The translations under genes were made by a program, and so were the position numbers. Of a stretch of DNA of 64,000 bases, positions 12,667-26,813 are shown piece after piece. Positions within the stretch are counted from its first letter, which is position 1. Every line of letters begins with the position of its first letter. The DNA comes from Octopus bimaculoides (taxonomy: Eukaryota). The notes under the pieces are model-generated. The model was not told the origin of the DNA. It did not search any database and saw only the letters and a list, made by a program, of their open reading frames with translations. The DNA is taken from contig NC_069008.1 in assembly GCF_001194135.2 (NCBI RefSeq), positions 17,159,312 to 17,223,311 on the forward strand, given 5' to 3'.

Positions 12667-14204
12667 GAGAGTAGCAAGAGAGGAGGCGAGGGTAGAGAAG
12701 GGCAGGCAAAACACAGACAGCTGCAGTGTAGGAGAGAGAGAGAGAGAGAGAGAGGTGTGGGAGGAGGAGACGGCAAGAGAAAAAGTAAGGGGGAGAGAGA
12801 GGAAGAGGGATAAGGCAAGTAGGGGCTGCAGTGTAAAAGAGGAAGTCCCTTCTTGAAAGGGAACCAGATTTGTCAAAAAGCACTCAAAGAGATGGGAACT
12901 GGGGAATTTTAATACAAAATGGAGTTGATTGATAGACAAAACCAGAGAAAGACAAAGAGATAGAGAGAGAGACAGAGATAGAGAGACAAAGAGATAGAGA
13001 GAGAGACAGAGATAGTAGTGCAACCTTGGCACACAACTATTCAAAATAGCAGAATATGAAACAGTTGAAAGCTTTTTAACAATCACACATAAATGTGTGT
13101 ATGTGTGTATATATACACACACACATATATATATATACACACACACACATATATATACACATATATTCACACACACACATATACACATATACACACAAAT
13201 ATATATACACACAAATATATATATACACACAAATATATATACATACATATATACACAAATATATACACATACATATATACACAAATATATACACACATAC
13301 ATACACATAAATACCTATACATACATTTACATATATATATATATTCTTTTATTCTTTTACTTGTTTCCGTCATTTCACTGCGGCCATGCTGGAGCACCGC
13401 CTTAAAGGGTTTTTAATCAAACAAATCAACCCCACGACTTATTCTTTGTAAGTCTAGTACTTGTTCTATCAGTCTCTTTTGCCAAACCGCTAAGTTACAG
13501 AGACATAAACACACCAACATCGGTTGTCAAGTGATGGCAGGAAGACCAATACATACACATGGATGGATAGATAGATAGATAGACAGACAGATAGAGATAG
13601 ACAGACAGACAGATAGAACAGTCACCACTACTACATGGACCTGAAGATTGCATAGTTTAATGCATGAAAGTACTAGTTCAATCAGAATGGACATTTAATG
13701 TTCTATCATTTCATTATCTTATCTTATATTATTATAAGATTATAAATATAATGTGAAAATCAAAGTTGGAATTTCTTTGTGTGACAGACAGACAGACAGA
13801 CAGATATTACACACAGCACAGGCTTCTTTCAGTTTCTGTCTACCAAATCCATTCACAAGGCTTTGGTCAACTTGAGGCTATAGTAGAAGACACTTGCCCA
13901 AGGTACCACGCAATGGGATTGAACCTGGAACCATGAGGTCGGGAAGCAAGCTTCTTACCACACAGTCACACCCGCGCGTACACATATACATACATATATA
14001 TAAGTATATGTGTATGTGTGTTGTTGACAGCATAAGAATTTCATAAATGAGAGAGAGAGAACAGGGTTGATGAAATAAAGTACCAGTTGAGCCCAGGGCG
14101 TCCCTTCCCCCTCAAACATTTCAGGCCTTACGCCTGCAAGAGAAAGAATTATTCATAGCTTTATATGTATGTTTCGAAGAACCACTATTCCAAAAAAAGA
14201 AAAA

Positions 14205-14520
14205 AAAGAAACCTCTCTGCTGTCCGTTTCCTTCCAGTCTTTAAGATCCTGTCTCCCAGTTTTTTGGGCTCCGTCTTTACCTCGTCATTCCACAACGGTG
14301 TCACTTTTGGTCAGTCTGGGACCTGGCACCAGTCATACGTTTTTATCAGTACCCATCCTTCCAACCATTGTCACCACCCACTCACTATTCCCTGGAGGGT
14401 CGTGAGGCTAGAGCCATCAGCCACCATCCCCCCAGGGTGCCATCAGGAGCAACAGCCATTAAAATTTCCTGCTGGACTCCCAAACACGACTGACTGAGAT
14501 TATGGATAGCATTCAACCAT
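14205..14520 (-). mobile_element. Decayed RTE-like LINE ORF fragment (region between endonuclease and RT)
   Basis: Frameshifted peptides WCQVPD*PKVTPLWNDEVK and RQDLKDWKETDSRE resemble the RTE TxWWNxEV..RQAWKDWK motif. Confidence 0.55.
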
Positions 14521-14909
14521 CCCTTCCCAAATGAATGGTTCTGGGTTCAGTCCCACTGCATGGCACCTTGGGCAAATGTTTTCTTATATAGTTTTGAACT
14601 GACCAAAGTATTGCGAGTGGATTTGGTAAACGGAAACTGAAAGAAGCCCACTGTGTGTGCATGTGTGTGATGTATCTGAGTGTGATTTGAACTTAGAACA
14701 CATATTTGGAACAAAAACCAGAAAGAATTTCACCCAACACAGAAATGGCTTTGCCATTTCAACACATTTTGAATTTGTTTCTCAATGCTTGTATGCATCA
14801 GAGAGAGTTTCGTGAGGTAGATTTTTCAAAAGCCAGATAGCCTTCTTGTTGCCAGCCACCCCATTTCCAAGCAAGCTATTATTTACCAGCCCACCTGAGA
14901 CCACCACTT

Positions 14910-15410
14910 CCTGTTTTAAAATTATCTAAGTTAAACCCTTCCATCAAAATTCCATGTCAATTTATATTCCAAACACCAGATTAATAATCCCAAAGTTATT
15001 CTACAAAATTCTTCATTATTTTGAAAATTACCACATTCTAACATGTATAAGGAACCCTTTTTTGTTAAAAATTAGGTTTTAAAAATATGGGAGATTTTTA
15101 TACATGGATAGTATTATAATCCTTTATAAACCCCTTTTTCCAAATATTAAACCCCAAAAATTAGGGGGTTCCTTATGCACATTAAAATACGGTAATTGAA
15201 ACAAAGGCAGTGGATTTCAAGAGAAATAGGGTAACAAAAGGGTTAAAGTGATCTAAATTAAAAACCCTTCCTTCAAAATTAAATTTATGTTCCAGACACC
15301 AGATTAATTTATGACAAAGTTATTCTAGTAAATTCTTTGTTATTTTCAAAATTAATTGAAACAAAGGCAGTGGATTTTAACAGAAAAAAGGTAATGAAAC
15401 GTTTAAATAG
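14910..15410. mobile_element. AT-rich MITE family 2 (ends ..aaatatggtaacaaaagggttaa), tandem partial copies
   Basis: The same ~170-bp unit recurs at about 5230-5360, 5670-5865 and 20565-20870; TTAA-CCC terminus on the minus strand. Confidence 0.55.
15029..15194. mobile_element. Tc1/mariner-superfamily MITE nested in an AT-rich MITE
   Basis: taccacattctaacatgtataagg ... ccttatgcacattaaaatacggta; splits the host sequence aaaatTA|attgaaac with a TA duplication. Confidence 0.6.
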
Positions 15411-16184
15411 GTTTTTGCAGAATACTGGAAATGGACAACACTGCTTATATAACAGTGACACTCATTTACAATGATAACACAATGTCAAGACAAAGATACA
15501 TACATACAGACAGACACACATACACATAAAGTGGGCTTCTTTCAGTTTCTGCCTACCAAATTAACTCACAAGGGCTTTGATCAGCTTAGGCTGCATTGGA
15601 AAACACAGGCCCAGGATAAAATACAGAGGGATTGGCCCTAAAAACAGTAAGGTTAGGAAGCAATATACATATATTGTAAAAACAAAAAAACCCTTTTTTG
15701 TGTTAACAAAGTGAAACTTTCAGTTCTATAACAAAAAATACCTAAATACATATTATATATACCATCATTATTTTGTTTTTTGTGCTGAGCATTTTACACA
15801 AATGAATACTCATATCTGATGATGACATATATATATTTATGCCGAGTTATGTATAAAACCAAGTTAACGTCAACACTTTAGTACTTAAATAGGCCATATC
15901 TGACCCAGATATATATTTAGATAAAGATAGTCATGGCCAGTTCATAGGATCGATCACCCAGGGCTTCGTGTCTATAAAGCCCTTGGTCTGAACTTCATTG
16001 TCATTGCTCCGATTTGGTCACCAATGTTATGTATTTAGTTTAAAATGCACCCTTTAATATAATTATATATATACAATTATAAATTTGTGTGTGTGTGTGT
16101 ACATATGTAAGCATGTGTGTGCATGTGTGTATGTATGAAATACAAAAAGAAGAAGAAGAAGAAGAAAAAAGTCAGAGAACTCAC

Positions 16185-16288
16185 TCCACTGTCCAAATGG
16201 TAAAAGACACTCTCTCTGCCAGGAAGTGAATCCCTACCAAACTACTGTTGACACAAGTCTTAGTGTCACACAACAACAGTGACCTGAT
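16185..16288 (-). other. Candidate non-coding 5'UTR exon of the POGZ-like gene
   Basis: Minus strand ctctctgtctctgctattccag acceptor and gtgagt donor; 104 nt of non-repeat sequence, no ATG. Confidence 0.45.
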
Positions 16289-19041
16289 CTGGAATAGCAG
16301 AGACAGAGAGGGGGGGGGGGGAAGTGGGGAGGTCATAATTAAGGATTTATTACATAGAAACACAAATATTGATATAAACATGTAGGCATACCAACAAGGA
16401 AGACAGGCATTAATTGCATTACACTTACACGCATACAAATGCAGGGTAATTCAAAAGTAATGGTACAAGAAATAAGATTTTGTCTATTCAAGCACTCAAT
16501 ACTCTTCCTCTCAAATAGCAGCACCTCTTTTCAGCAATTTGGAAAAGGCGAGGCCATCAGCGTTGCCAAACAGAACTTGCAGAGGCAACCTTTCTTGTTA
16601 CATCTAGATTTTTGCAATATATTCATTACAATAGTCACATGTAGGTTTTCTTTTTGTCTATATGCATTTTCTTTCTTTATTTCTTTCTTTTTTATTTAAG
16701 TGCTTCAGTTATTAGACTGCGGTCATGCTGGGGCACTACCTTAAAGGATCTTTAGTTAAATAAATCAATCCCAGTACTTATTTTCATTTTTATACTTTGG
16801 TTAAGCCTGGTGCTTATTTTATCGAACTCTTTTGGCAAACCGCTAAGTTATAGGGACAAAAACACACCAACACCAGTTGTCAAGCAGTAGTGGGGGACAA
16901 AGACCTGATCTCTCTCTCTCTCACACGCATTTATATATGACAGGCTTCTTTCAGTTTCCGTCTACCAAATTCACTCATAAGGCTTATCCATTCACATTGT
17001 TTTCAATTACTCACAATTTTATATCATAGCTTTGAGATTTTGATGACGTAATTGTTTATTTTTTGGAATGACATTGTAGGGTAGGTGTGAGAGGCTGGAT
17101 CTGACCAGTTTAAACGTAAAACAAGCAGAATATTTGGAACCTGGATATGGCTAGTTTAAATGCCAAAGGGTTAAAGAGAGTAGGGAGTTTGTTGAGGGAA
17201 GATTTGGCTGTTACATTGTGTAAGGTCAAGTGACTACATTTAGTCGAACAAATTGACCCCAGGACTTATTCTTTGTAAGCCTAGTACTTATTCTATCAGT
17301 CTCTTTTGCTGAGCCGCTAAGTTACGGGGACATAAACACACCAAACATTGGTCACCAAGCGATGGTGGGTAGACAAACACAGACACCCAGAACCTTGTAG
17401 TTGGGAAACAAGCTTCATTCAGTTTCCGTCAACCAACTCCACTTGCCCAAGGTGTCACACAGTGAGACTAAACTCAGAAGTGGTTGGGAAGCAAGCTTCT
17501 TACCACACGGCCATGCTTATCGCCTTGAGCAAGTGTCTTTTACGATAGCCTCAAACTAAAAGCCATACATTCTTTTGAAAACAACCGAAGTGGAACGAGG
17601 GACGAAAACAAACAAAACAAAAGACGACTGAGAAACACCTGTGTAGGAAGACTTCAAAGATATTGGGGTACAATGGGGGAGCGAAGTTTGGGAGATGATT
17701 GGGAGATAAAGGGGGTTGGGAGAGAGAGAGGGATGGAGCGAAAGTGAGAGTAAGAACGGGGGGGTGGAGACAAAGAAGGAGATGTGTTGAATCAAGACAG
17801 AAAGAAGTCACGGAGAGGGAAGGCCGTGTGAGTGCGAGTGAAGGTGTAGGTGTATTAAGGTGAGTGAGAGTGTGAGAATGTGTGTGTGTGTGTGTGTGTG
17901 TGTACGTAAGCGTGTGCGAGTGTATGTAGGTGTATGAGCGACAATGTGTGTCAAGAGAATGTATTTATGAGTGTGTGTGTGTGTGTGCATGTCCGTGTAC
18001 GTATAGGATCGTTCTTGTGTGCATGTGTGTGTGAAAGGTGTATATGTAAAATTCCACGAGTGTGTGTGTGTATTTTGTTTAATAGTCGTACCTGAAAGAC
18101 CGTTGTTGAGTGCTAGCGAAAGAACTACGCACGAAGGGGAGGGTGTGTGTGTGTGTGAAATCTGAAGTTTCGTGAGTCACCACATACAGAGGGTTAACTG
18201 TCTTGAGAGGGAGTGCGAGCGAGCGCGTGCCTGTGCGTGTGTTTGAAGGGGAGGGGGTTGGAGCCGTGTTGTAGTCATTGGAGACAAACCACCTCACCAA
18301 AATCTCTTCTTATAACTCGACCCCCCCGCCCAACAGCACAACGACGCCCTCGTTTCTCTCCCATTTGCAAAAAGCCAAATAGAAATCACACACCAAGTCT
18401 TGGATTAAAAAGAAAGACGAAACAAAAAACGAAGGCACATTAAATTAATGTAGTCCTAGATACACCTAAAACACACACGCAAGCGCACGCGCAGGCAGGA
18501 TGGTCACGGCGAGAACGTGCCTAAAAAAATACGACTTGTCTCCACCATCATCGCCTCCACCACCGCCGTCACTACAGCAACGAAGCCGACCTCATCACAA
18601 TAACACTACGCCTCCTCTTCCTTCTACCACCACTGCCTCTTACCTCCTCCCACTACCATCAGCTGCAGCTCATCTTTCAACCACTGCTGCCTGCCTCTTC
18701 CTACCACCACCACTACCACCACAGTATCACAACATAGTTCCCAAACACCACCACCACCACCACCACACTAATCCCCTCCTCCTCTCACGTTCACTGTTAT
18801 TCCTCTTCCTTCAGTCATCAACAATGCCTGCCTCTCACTCATCCCCCTCTAGTAGGCCAAAATAAGAGAGAGATGGAGAAGAGAGAGAGAGAGAGAAAGT
18901 AATATAGCAGCAGCAGCAGTGAAGGTTGGCAGAGGCAGAGGTGAGGTTCATTGGAGGAGGAGGAGGAGAAGAAGCGACAGAGGGGGGTAAAAGTCATGCA
19001 GGCAGGCAGACATAGAGATTGATGGGAGACGCACAACAGGG

Positions 19042-19051
19042 AACCAATCAG
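19042..19051 (+). promoter_or_regulatory. NF-Y CCAAT box at the edge of a CpG-rich island (candidate POGZ-like promoter)
   Basis: aaccaatcag matches RRCCAATCAG; adjacent to the CpG-rich 17.5-19.1 kb region. Confidence 0.4.
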
Positions 19052-22000
19052 AGAGCGGCGAAAGAGGATCATAAACCAGACCTGCTAGAAATAGCAGCCG
19101 GGTCATAGCACAAGAAATACATTTGAGAATATCTGGGTCAGCGAGTGTGAGGGGTGGGGCAGCGGAGTAACATGAGGTGCCGACATAATGGAAGATACAA
19201 GACTGTAGTGGGCTGGANNNNNNNNNNNNNNNNNNNNNNNNNNNNNGGGGGGGGGGGAGGAGAACGGTTTCTCAGCCGTTCAAGCCTTTATCGTACAACC
19301 AGCCTATTCTCCTGCAGGGACTAGACAACCAAGAGGCACCACCCTTCACAAATACTTAACCACCTCCAGCAAGGAAGGACACATTAGATGATGTAGTCCT
19401 AGATACACTGCGTCGAATTAAAAGATGGGATGGGATGATCAAGGCTGGAAGACCTTTCGTTATAGGCTTGCTGGATCAACACCAACCGAGGGTTAAACAC
19501 AGACAAGGAAGGACACATATAACGAAGTCCGGCGTGGTAAGAAGCTTGCTTCTCGACCGCACGGTTCCGGGTTGATATAACCAGCCACACATCTCACCAA
19601 CACGAAAAATGTGTCACCTTATGGCACTTGTCTTAGAATAAGGCCATTGTTTAGAGCTGAGGCTTTCGGACTGTGTTCCTCTCTGATAATCTTTAAGTGC
19701 ATCAGAAAATCAATTTGAATGTGATTGATTTAACCTGCCCTCTTTCTCTCCCCAGCTCTCTCTCTCTCTCTCTGGCTGGGTAACCATGTCTCTCCTCTAC
19801 AGCAAAACACCTGTTTCTGTCTCAATCTCTCCTTGACACACCCTAACCTTTCAGCATCTGACACAAGATCCCCTCCTCCAATGTCCCCTTCCCCTTTCAA
19901 ACATTTCTTGTCTTGCCAGTTACTTGGTGACCCTTCCAGTGCTGGTGCCACATAAGAAGCATCCGGTCCACACTGTGAAGTGGTTGGCATATGAAAAGGC
20001 ATCCAGCTGTAAAAACCATGCTGAAACTGACCTCGCCTGTGCTGGTGCCACTTAAAAAACACTCAGCCCACTCTATGACGAACACACACACGGACACATA
20101 CACACACACACACACACATACATACACAATGGACTTCTTTCAGTTTCCGTCTACCAAATCCACTCAAAAGGCCTTGGTCGGCCTGAGGCTATAGTAGAAG
20201 ACACTTGCTCAAGGTGCCACGCAGTGAGACTGAACCCAGAACCATGTGCTTGGGAAGCAAGCTTCTTATTTCTTTACTGCCCACAAGGGGCTACACACAG
20301 AGGGGACAAATAAGGACAGACAAACGGATTAAGTCGATTACATCGATCCCAGTGCGTAATTGGTATTTATTTAATCGACCCCCGAAAGGATGGAAGGCAA
20401 AGTCAACCTCGGCAGAATTTGAACTCAGAACGTAGTAGCGGCAGACGAAATACCGCTAAGCATTTCGCCCGGCGTGATAACGATTCTAACAGCTCGCTTC
20501 TTACCACACAGCCACTCCTGCGCCTACCAGCTTGTGACCACCACCCCTAGTTCTGGAAAAGAAATTTCCTGTTTTAACATGATTGAAATTAAAACCTATC
20601 AAAATTCTGTTAATTTATGTCCCAAACATCCCGTTTTACTAATTTCTTCATCATTTTCAAAATGAATTGAAACAAAGTCAAAGGATTTCAACAGAAATAG
20701 GGTAACAAAAGGGATTAAAGTGATCTAATTCAAAACCTTCCATTAAAATGTAAAATGTATGTTCCAAACACCAGATTAATAATTAACAAAGTTGTTTTAC
20801 TAAACACTTCGTTATACTCAAAATTAATTGAAACCAAAGGCAGAGTATTTTAACAGAAATATGGAAATGTAAGTGTTAATGACATCGAGGTAACTGGTCC
20901 CTAAAGGCCTGCAGAGATCATAGTCATTGCCCTTTTTTTTTCCAGGCTCAACAACCAAAAATTATAAAAAGAAAAAGGATTAATCCATGTTAGAATCAGT
21001 AGAGAATTGGACAAAATGATTTGCCAGCACCAGTATGGTTGATTGTTCTGAAGAAGTCAGCTGTACTAATACAGGGTCTCTGGTTCAATTCCACTGCATG
21101 AAACCTTGGAAGGAAATAAATGCCATTTACCAGAACTTTGGAATGACAATATTGGCAGAGGTTACCATGGTCTTTTCTGTAGGTTTTTCTTTCCACTTTT
21201 TTACAAGAGAACATTACTGTGATACACGATCGCTATTTTCTTTCCCCAACCCCGATCCCTTTTGATCGAACTCCCCCCTTTTTCTTTCCTACGATCCCTT
21301 TTGATAGACCCCACCCTTTTTTTTTCTCTCCTTCCCCCTCCCAAAAATTAAAGCTCTACATTGTATTTGTCCCCTCTGTGTAAAGCCCTGTGTGGCTAAT
21401 AAAAGAAATGCATCTGTCCATCTATCCATCTATCTATCTATCTATCTATCTATGTCTGTCCATCTGTGTATCTATTTATAGATCTTTGTATCTATCTATC
21501 TATACATCTTTGTATCTCTCTCTCTCTCTCTCACTCACTACTCTCAAATTCACACAATGCATAATAGATCACTGTTGTCCCTCCTGGATGAAAGAGAGAG
21601 AGAGGTGGGAGGGTCTCTCCTGGGTCTATCTGTAAGTCACTAACAACTAGTTCCCAACACCACTACACACACACACACACAGCCAGCAACAAGAGATACA
21701 AATGAGAAAACTCCAGCCCCACCCCCCAGGCTCAAGCAGCTACAGAGAAACAGGGGGGACGGCTATCTCTTTATATCTAGCCATCTGTTGTTTAACAGGC
21801 TATTTATATCATTGTTTCTCAACCGGGGATGCTCCCAATATGGCCCTTGCAGGGAGCCAGATAACATTTTATCTGCAATAAATTGGTCACACTCTTACAA
21901 TACACAAAATACCCCGAGTAATATTTACTTCGAAAAACAATGGGGTTTTTTAAACATCGAAAAAGAGGGGCCATAGACAAAAAAGAAAAAAGTCACAAAA

Positions 22001-22451
22001 CACCGAAAAACATATCTATCTATATATTTATATCTATCTATATGAATCTACCTATCTATCGATCTATCTAGCCATCCAAATGTTTATTCATCCATTCAGG
22101 TACCCATCTACTCGTTTATCTGTTTACACATCTATCTATCCCATCCATATCTTATCTGTCGGTCTCTCTTACTAGTCCTCGAAAATTATACAAACTGTTC
22201 CCTTCTGCAATAAATTGGTCATACCTTACGATACACGATATATTGCTAATAATATTTAGTTCTAAAAATATAATGGGACTTTTAAAACATCGAATGGCTT
22301 GGCGGGTCCAGCAGCGAAAAATAGAAACCAAAAGAGGTCCGTAGGCAAAAAAATGATTGAGAAACACTGACATGCACCCATTTATTTATACCCACCTACC
22401 CACCTACCTACCTGTCTATCTATCTCCATCGTTTCCAAGCTTTGCCTTACT

Positions 22452-22755
22452 GGCACTTGTGCCGGTGGCATGTGAACAAAACATTGAACTGACTCCTGTG
22501 CAGGTGGCACGTAAAAAAACAAAGCACCATTTGAGCGTGGTCGTTGCCAGTACCGCCGGACTGGTCCTCGTGCCGGTGGCACGTACAAAGCACCCACTAC
22601 AGTCTCGGAGTGGTTGGCGTTAGGAATGGCATCCAGCTGTAGAAACTCTGCCAAATCAGATTGGAACCTGGTGTAGCCATCTGGTTCACCAGTCCCCAGT
22701 CAAATCGTCCAACCCATGCTAGCATGAAAAGCAGACGTTAAATGATGATGATGAT
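22452..22755 (+). mobile_element. RTE-tailed SINE family C ending in (GAT)n
   Basis: gtggttggcgttaggaagggcatccagctg..ccaacccatgctagcatgg..cgttaaatgatgatg. Copies at about 5360-5530, 6860-7030, 19900-20060, 24848-25110, 29310-29455, 33478-33700, 42236-42505, 51745-51965, 53278-53420, 55020-55215, 56600-56856, 57650-57920. Confidence 0.8.
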
Positions 22756-23358
22756 CTATCTCACTAGCTAGCTATCCATCTACCCGTCTGTCTATCTATC
22801 TTTATTTATCTATCTATCTTTATTTATCTATCTATCAATCAATCAATCAATTCCAGCCAGCTATTTATTCATTCATTCGAGTATATTTTTCCCTCCAGCC
22901 CCCTATTTATACATTCATTTATCCATCCATCTCTACCTTTCTGTCTCTCTTACTACTAGTCCCTAAAAAATATACAACTGTCCCTTCTATTCTAACCCTC
23001 GAAAAACCAAAGCAAACCACTATACTGAGAGTGAAAGAGAGAGAAATTAACAAACAGACAAAGAGGGGTTTTTTTATCCTCCCTTAGATATCTGTCTGTG
23101 TGTCACACAAACAAACAGGCTTCCCTCTGCCCCAGTCCCTCAGAGCTAGCAACAAGAGATACAAGGGCAAACTAATGAATGAATCAATCAATGGAGGCAG
23201 CGGCGGTGGTGGCGGTGGGGCTTGAGCGAGTGAGTCATTTTTTTTTCTTTTTGTTTTTCGATGCATTACACAAGCTTGAGTGAAAGCTGAGTGGAGTGGA
23301 ATTATTCTTTTAATTGTTTTAGTCGTTTGACTGCAGCCATGCTGGAGCACTGCCTTTA

Positions 23359-23697
23359 GGTCTCCCTCATTGACTCATACATACATATGTCCATAGATAA
23401 GAGAGTAGGGTGTGATTTGAGGGAGAGTTGGGTGTTATTTCTAGCAGGTCCAGCTACCATGCAGAGGCCTCCCTCATTGGCTCATACATACATCAATACA
23501 TAGATAAGAGAGTAGGGTGTGATTTGAGGGAGAGTTGGCTACTATTTCTAGCAGGTCTAGCTACCATGCAGAAGCCTCCCTCATTGGCTCATACATACAT
23601 AAATACATAGATAAGAGAGTAGGGTATGATTTGAGGGAGAGTTGGGTGTTATTTCTAACATGTCTAGCTACCATGTAGAGGTCTCCCTCATTGGCTC
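23359..23697 (+). repeat. 107-bp tandem repeat, 3.2 copies
   Basis: Unit starts at about 23360, 23467, 23574, 23681. Confidence 0.9.
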
Positions 23698-26139
23698 CTG
23701 TTGGTGGTGGTGGTATCAGATGAAATGCAGTGATATCAAATTGTTCTGGTGACACACAGACAGAAGGGGGGGGCGGAGGTTCCTTTTCCCTCCTCACTGC
23801 TTGACTGACATTCATATTACATTACAGACTCCCTTAGAAAACAATAGCAGTGGTGGTGGTGGTAGCAGTAGCAGTCTTAGTAGCAGTAGTAATTGCAGTT
23901 TTAGTAGTAGTATCAGCAGCAGTAGTAATAGTAGTAAACATTGTATTCGTGGTGGTGGTGGTGGTGGCGGCGATAGTGGTGGTGGTAGTAGTGGTGGCGG
24001 CAGCGACGGTGGTGGTGGTGGTGGTAGTAGTAGTAGTAGTGGCAGCGCTAGTAGAAGTGGTAGTAGTAGTAGTAGCAGCAGTGGTGGTAGTAGTAGTGGT
24101 GTAAAAGAAACTTGCCCAAGGTGCCACACAGAGGGACTGAACCTGCAACCATGTAGTTGGGAAGCAAACTTCTCAACTACACAGACACAAAGACACACAC
24201 ACATACACATATATATGACAGGCTTCCACACAGTTTCCATCTACCAAATCCACTCACAAGCCTTTGGTCAGCCCATGGCTATAGTAGAAGACACTTGCAC
24301 AAAGTGCCATGCAGTGGGACTGAACCCAGAACCATGTGGTTGGGAAGCAAGCTTCTTACCACACAGCCAAACAGGAATATGGAAATTTTTTTAGTATTAT
24401 TCATTCACCATTACACATGTTTCATTTGCTAATAGGAACTACAAAATTGTACACGGCTTGCATACATACATGTATATATGTATAAATCTTATGTTATTAG
24501 ATTGTGGCCATGCTGGGGCTACCTTGAAAAATTCTAATCAAACAAATCAACCCCAGTACTTTTTTTTTTAAAGCTTGTTACTTATTCTCAGTCTCTTTTG
24601 CTAAACTGCTAAGTCACACCAACGCAGGGTGTCAAGGAGTGATGGGGGAGAAACACACACACACATATATGTATATATGACAGGCTCCTTTCGGTTTCCA
24701 TCTACCAAACCCACTCACATAGCCTTGGTCAGCGTAAGGCTATAGCAAGTGCCATAGCGTAGAACTGAACCCAGAACCATGTGGTTAGGAAGCAAAATTT
24801 TCACCACACCAAACCTGCCCTATGTAGGAGTGTATGTAATTATATATATCATCATCGTTTAACGTCCGCTTTCCATGCTAGCATGGGTTGGACGATTTGA
24901 CTGAGGACTGGTGAAACCGGATGGCAACACCAGGCTCCAGTCTGATTTGGCAGAGTTTCTACAGCTGGATGCCCTTCCTAACGCCAACCACTCCGAGAGT
25001 GTAGTGGGTGCTTTTACGTGTCACCCGCACGAAAACGGCCACGCTCAAAATGGTGTCTTTTATGTGCCACCCGCACAAGCCAGTCCAGGGGCACTGGCAA
25101 CGATCTTACTTGGCTTGCCGGGTCTTTTCATGCACAGCACATTTGCCGGGTCTTCTCACGCACAGCACATTTATNNNNNNNNNNNNNNNNNNNNNNNNNN
25201 NNNNNNNNNNNNNNNNNNTATATATATATATATATATATTCTTTTACTTGTTTCAGTCGTTTCGCCATGCTGGAGCACTGCCTTTGGTTGAGCAAATCGA
25301 CCCCAGGACTTATTCTTTGTAAACATAGTACTTATTCTATCAGTCTCTTCTTGCCGAACTGCATGGTTATGGGGACATAAATGCACCAGCATCAATTGTC
25401 AAGCGATGTTAGGAGGGGGGGACATACACATACACACACACACACACAGAGGGGTTGGACAAAATAATGGAAACACCTAGCATCATAGCATCATAATACC
25501 ACATTGTCACATGGGAAAGGGAGCACCATTTTCACTTCAACACACACACACACACACACACATCATTTATATGACACTACAGTTGTTGGCTTTGTAGATT
25601 TCTCTAGTCATGTTTTACATGATAGAGAAAGCAGAAATACTGTAAGATATACGAGTGCACATACTAAGCTTGGTGGCAGGCAATGAGTAAAAGGAAGCTA
25701 CAAACATGGACAAAGACAGAGAATGAACCACAGGGACGAGAGGAGGAGGGAAAAGAAAACAACGGTTATAGAAATGAAAGTGTCTGTGTATGTCATTGAG
25801 CAGGGATGGTTGATAAGGAGAGGTGCTACTTAGTATTGTTGTTGTTCTTGTAGTATTAGAGCCATGGTTGTAGGTGGAGGAGTGGTTGAGGGAGGGAGTT
25901 ACATAGAAGTGCTGGGGAGGAGGGGGGACAGCGAACAGCAGCAGAATGTAAAATGTGAAGCCATCTGTATAGGAAGTAGCATGGGAGATAGTTGCTGTGT
26001 ATTATGTGTGTTTGAGAGATAGTTGCTGTGTGTGTGTGTGTGTGTGAGAGAGATAGTTGGTGTGTGTGTGTGTGNNNNNNNNNNTGTGTGTGAGAGAGAG
26101 AGATAGTTGCTGTGTGTGTATGTGTGTGTGAGATGGTTG

Positions 26140-26183
<44 letters not shown>

Positions 26184-26757
26184 GCTGCTGTGTGAGAGAT
26201 AGTTGTTGTGTGCGTAGTAGTAGTAGTAGTAACAGTAGTAGTAATTCTGAGTGTGCATGTATAGTAATTGTGTCGTGTGTGTGTGTGTGTGCATGAGGCA
26301 GCTGTTTTGTGCATGCATGCACTTGTGTGTGCAATAGTAGGATTACTCCACCACTAAAGTTGTGTATATGCAGTCATTAATAACCACACATGTACGTAGC
26401 AGCACCTGTCTTTCAGTGTAGTAGCAGTAGCAGCAGACCTATATGGTCTATATGGAAATAGCATTTACAGCACACACAGAAAGAGGAGGAATAATAAAAG
26501 AGGTGGGGGAGGGGGGTAGTAGTAGTAGTAGCAGCTATAGCAGGGGCCTGATTAAGACCAATAGAGACCCTAAGCAGTGAAAAGATTTTGGTGTCCCCTA
26601 GATATATGTAATTCAAAAAATATAAACAATAATAAACCATAAAATAATTTTTTTTTATTTTCCATAATGAAACAAAACTGATTTTAAGATGGAAAATAAT
26701 GTTTATTTTTGTAAATTTCCATTTTATTTAGACGGAAACTGAAAGAAGCCTGTCGTA

Positions 26758-26813
<56 letters not shown>

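Noticed and set aside
7391-12818. Long ORFs of 200-400 aa in the ORF track (also 37066-38295 and 40945-42198)
   Set aside because: They run through N gaps (X residues) and are artefacts.
20940-21215. Unique-looking block with a possible acceptor (also 30060-30370)
   Set aside because: The frames I translated either stop early or give no recognisable peptide; part of the first block is a SINE remnant.
23801-24394. Long Gly/Ser, His, Tyr, Thr and Val-rich ORFs (also 612-1004, 27421-28002, 49290-49829, 59540-59871, 62717-63084)
   Set aside because: Translations of microsatellites, open in several frames, with no splice or homology support.
25445-25500. Tc1-like TIR (cagaggggttggacaaaataatggaaacacc)
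   Set aside because: A single end only, with no partner TIR or transposase remnant nearby.
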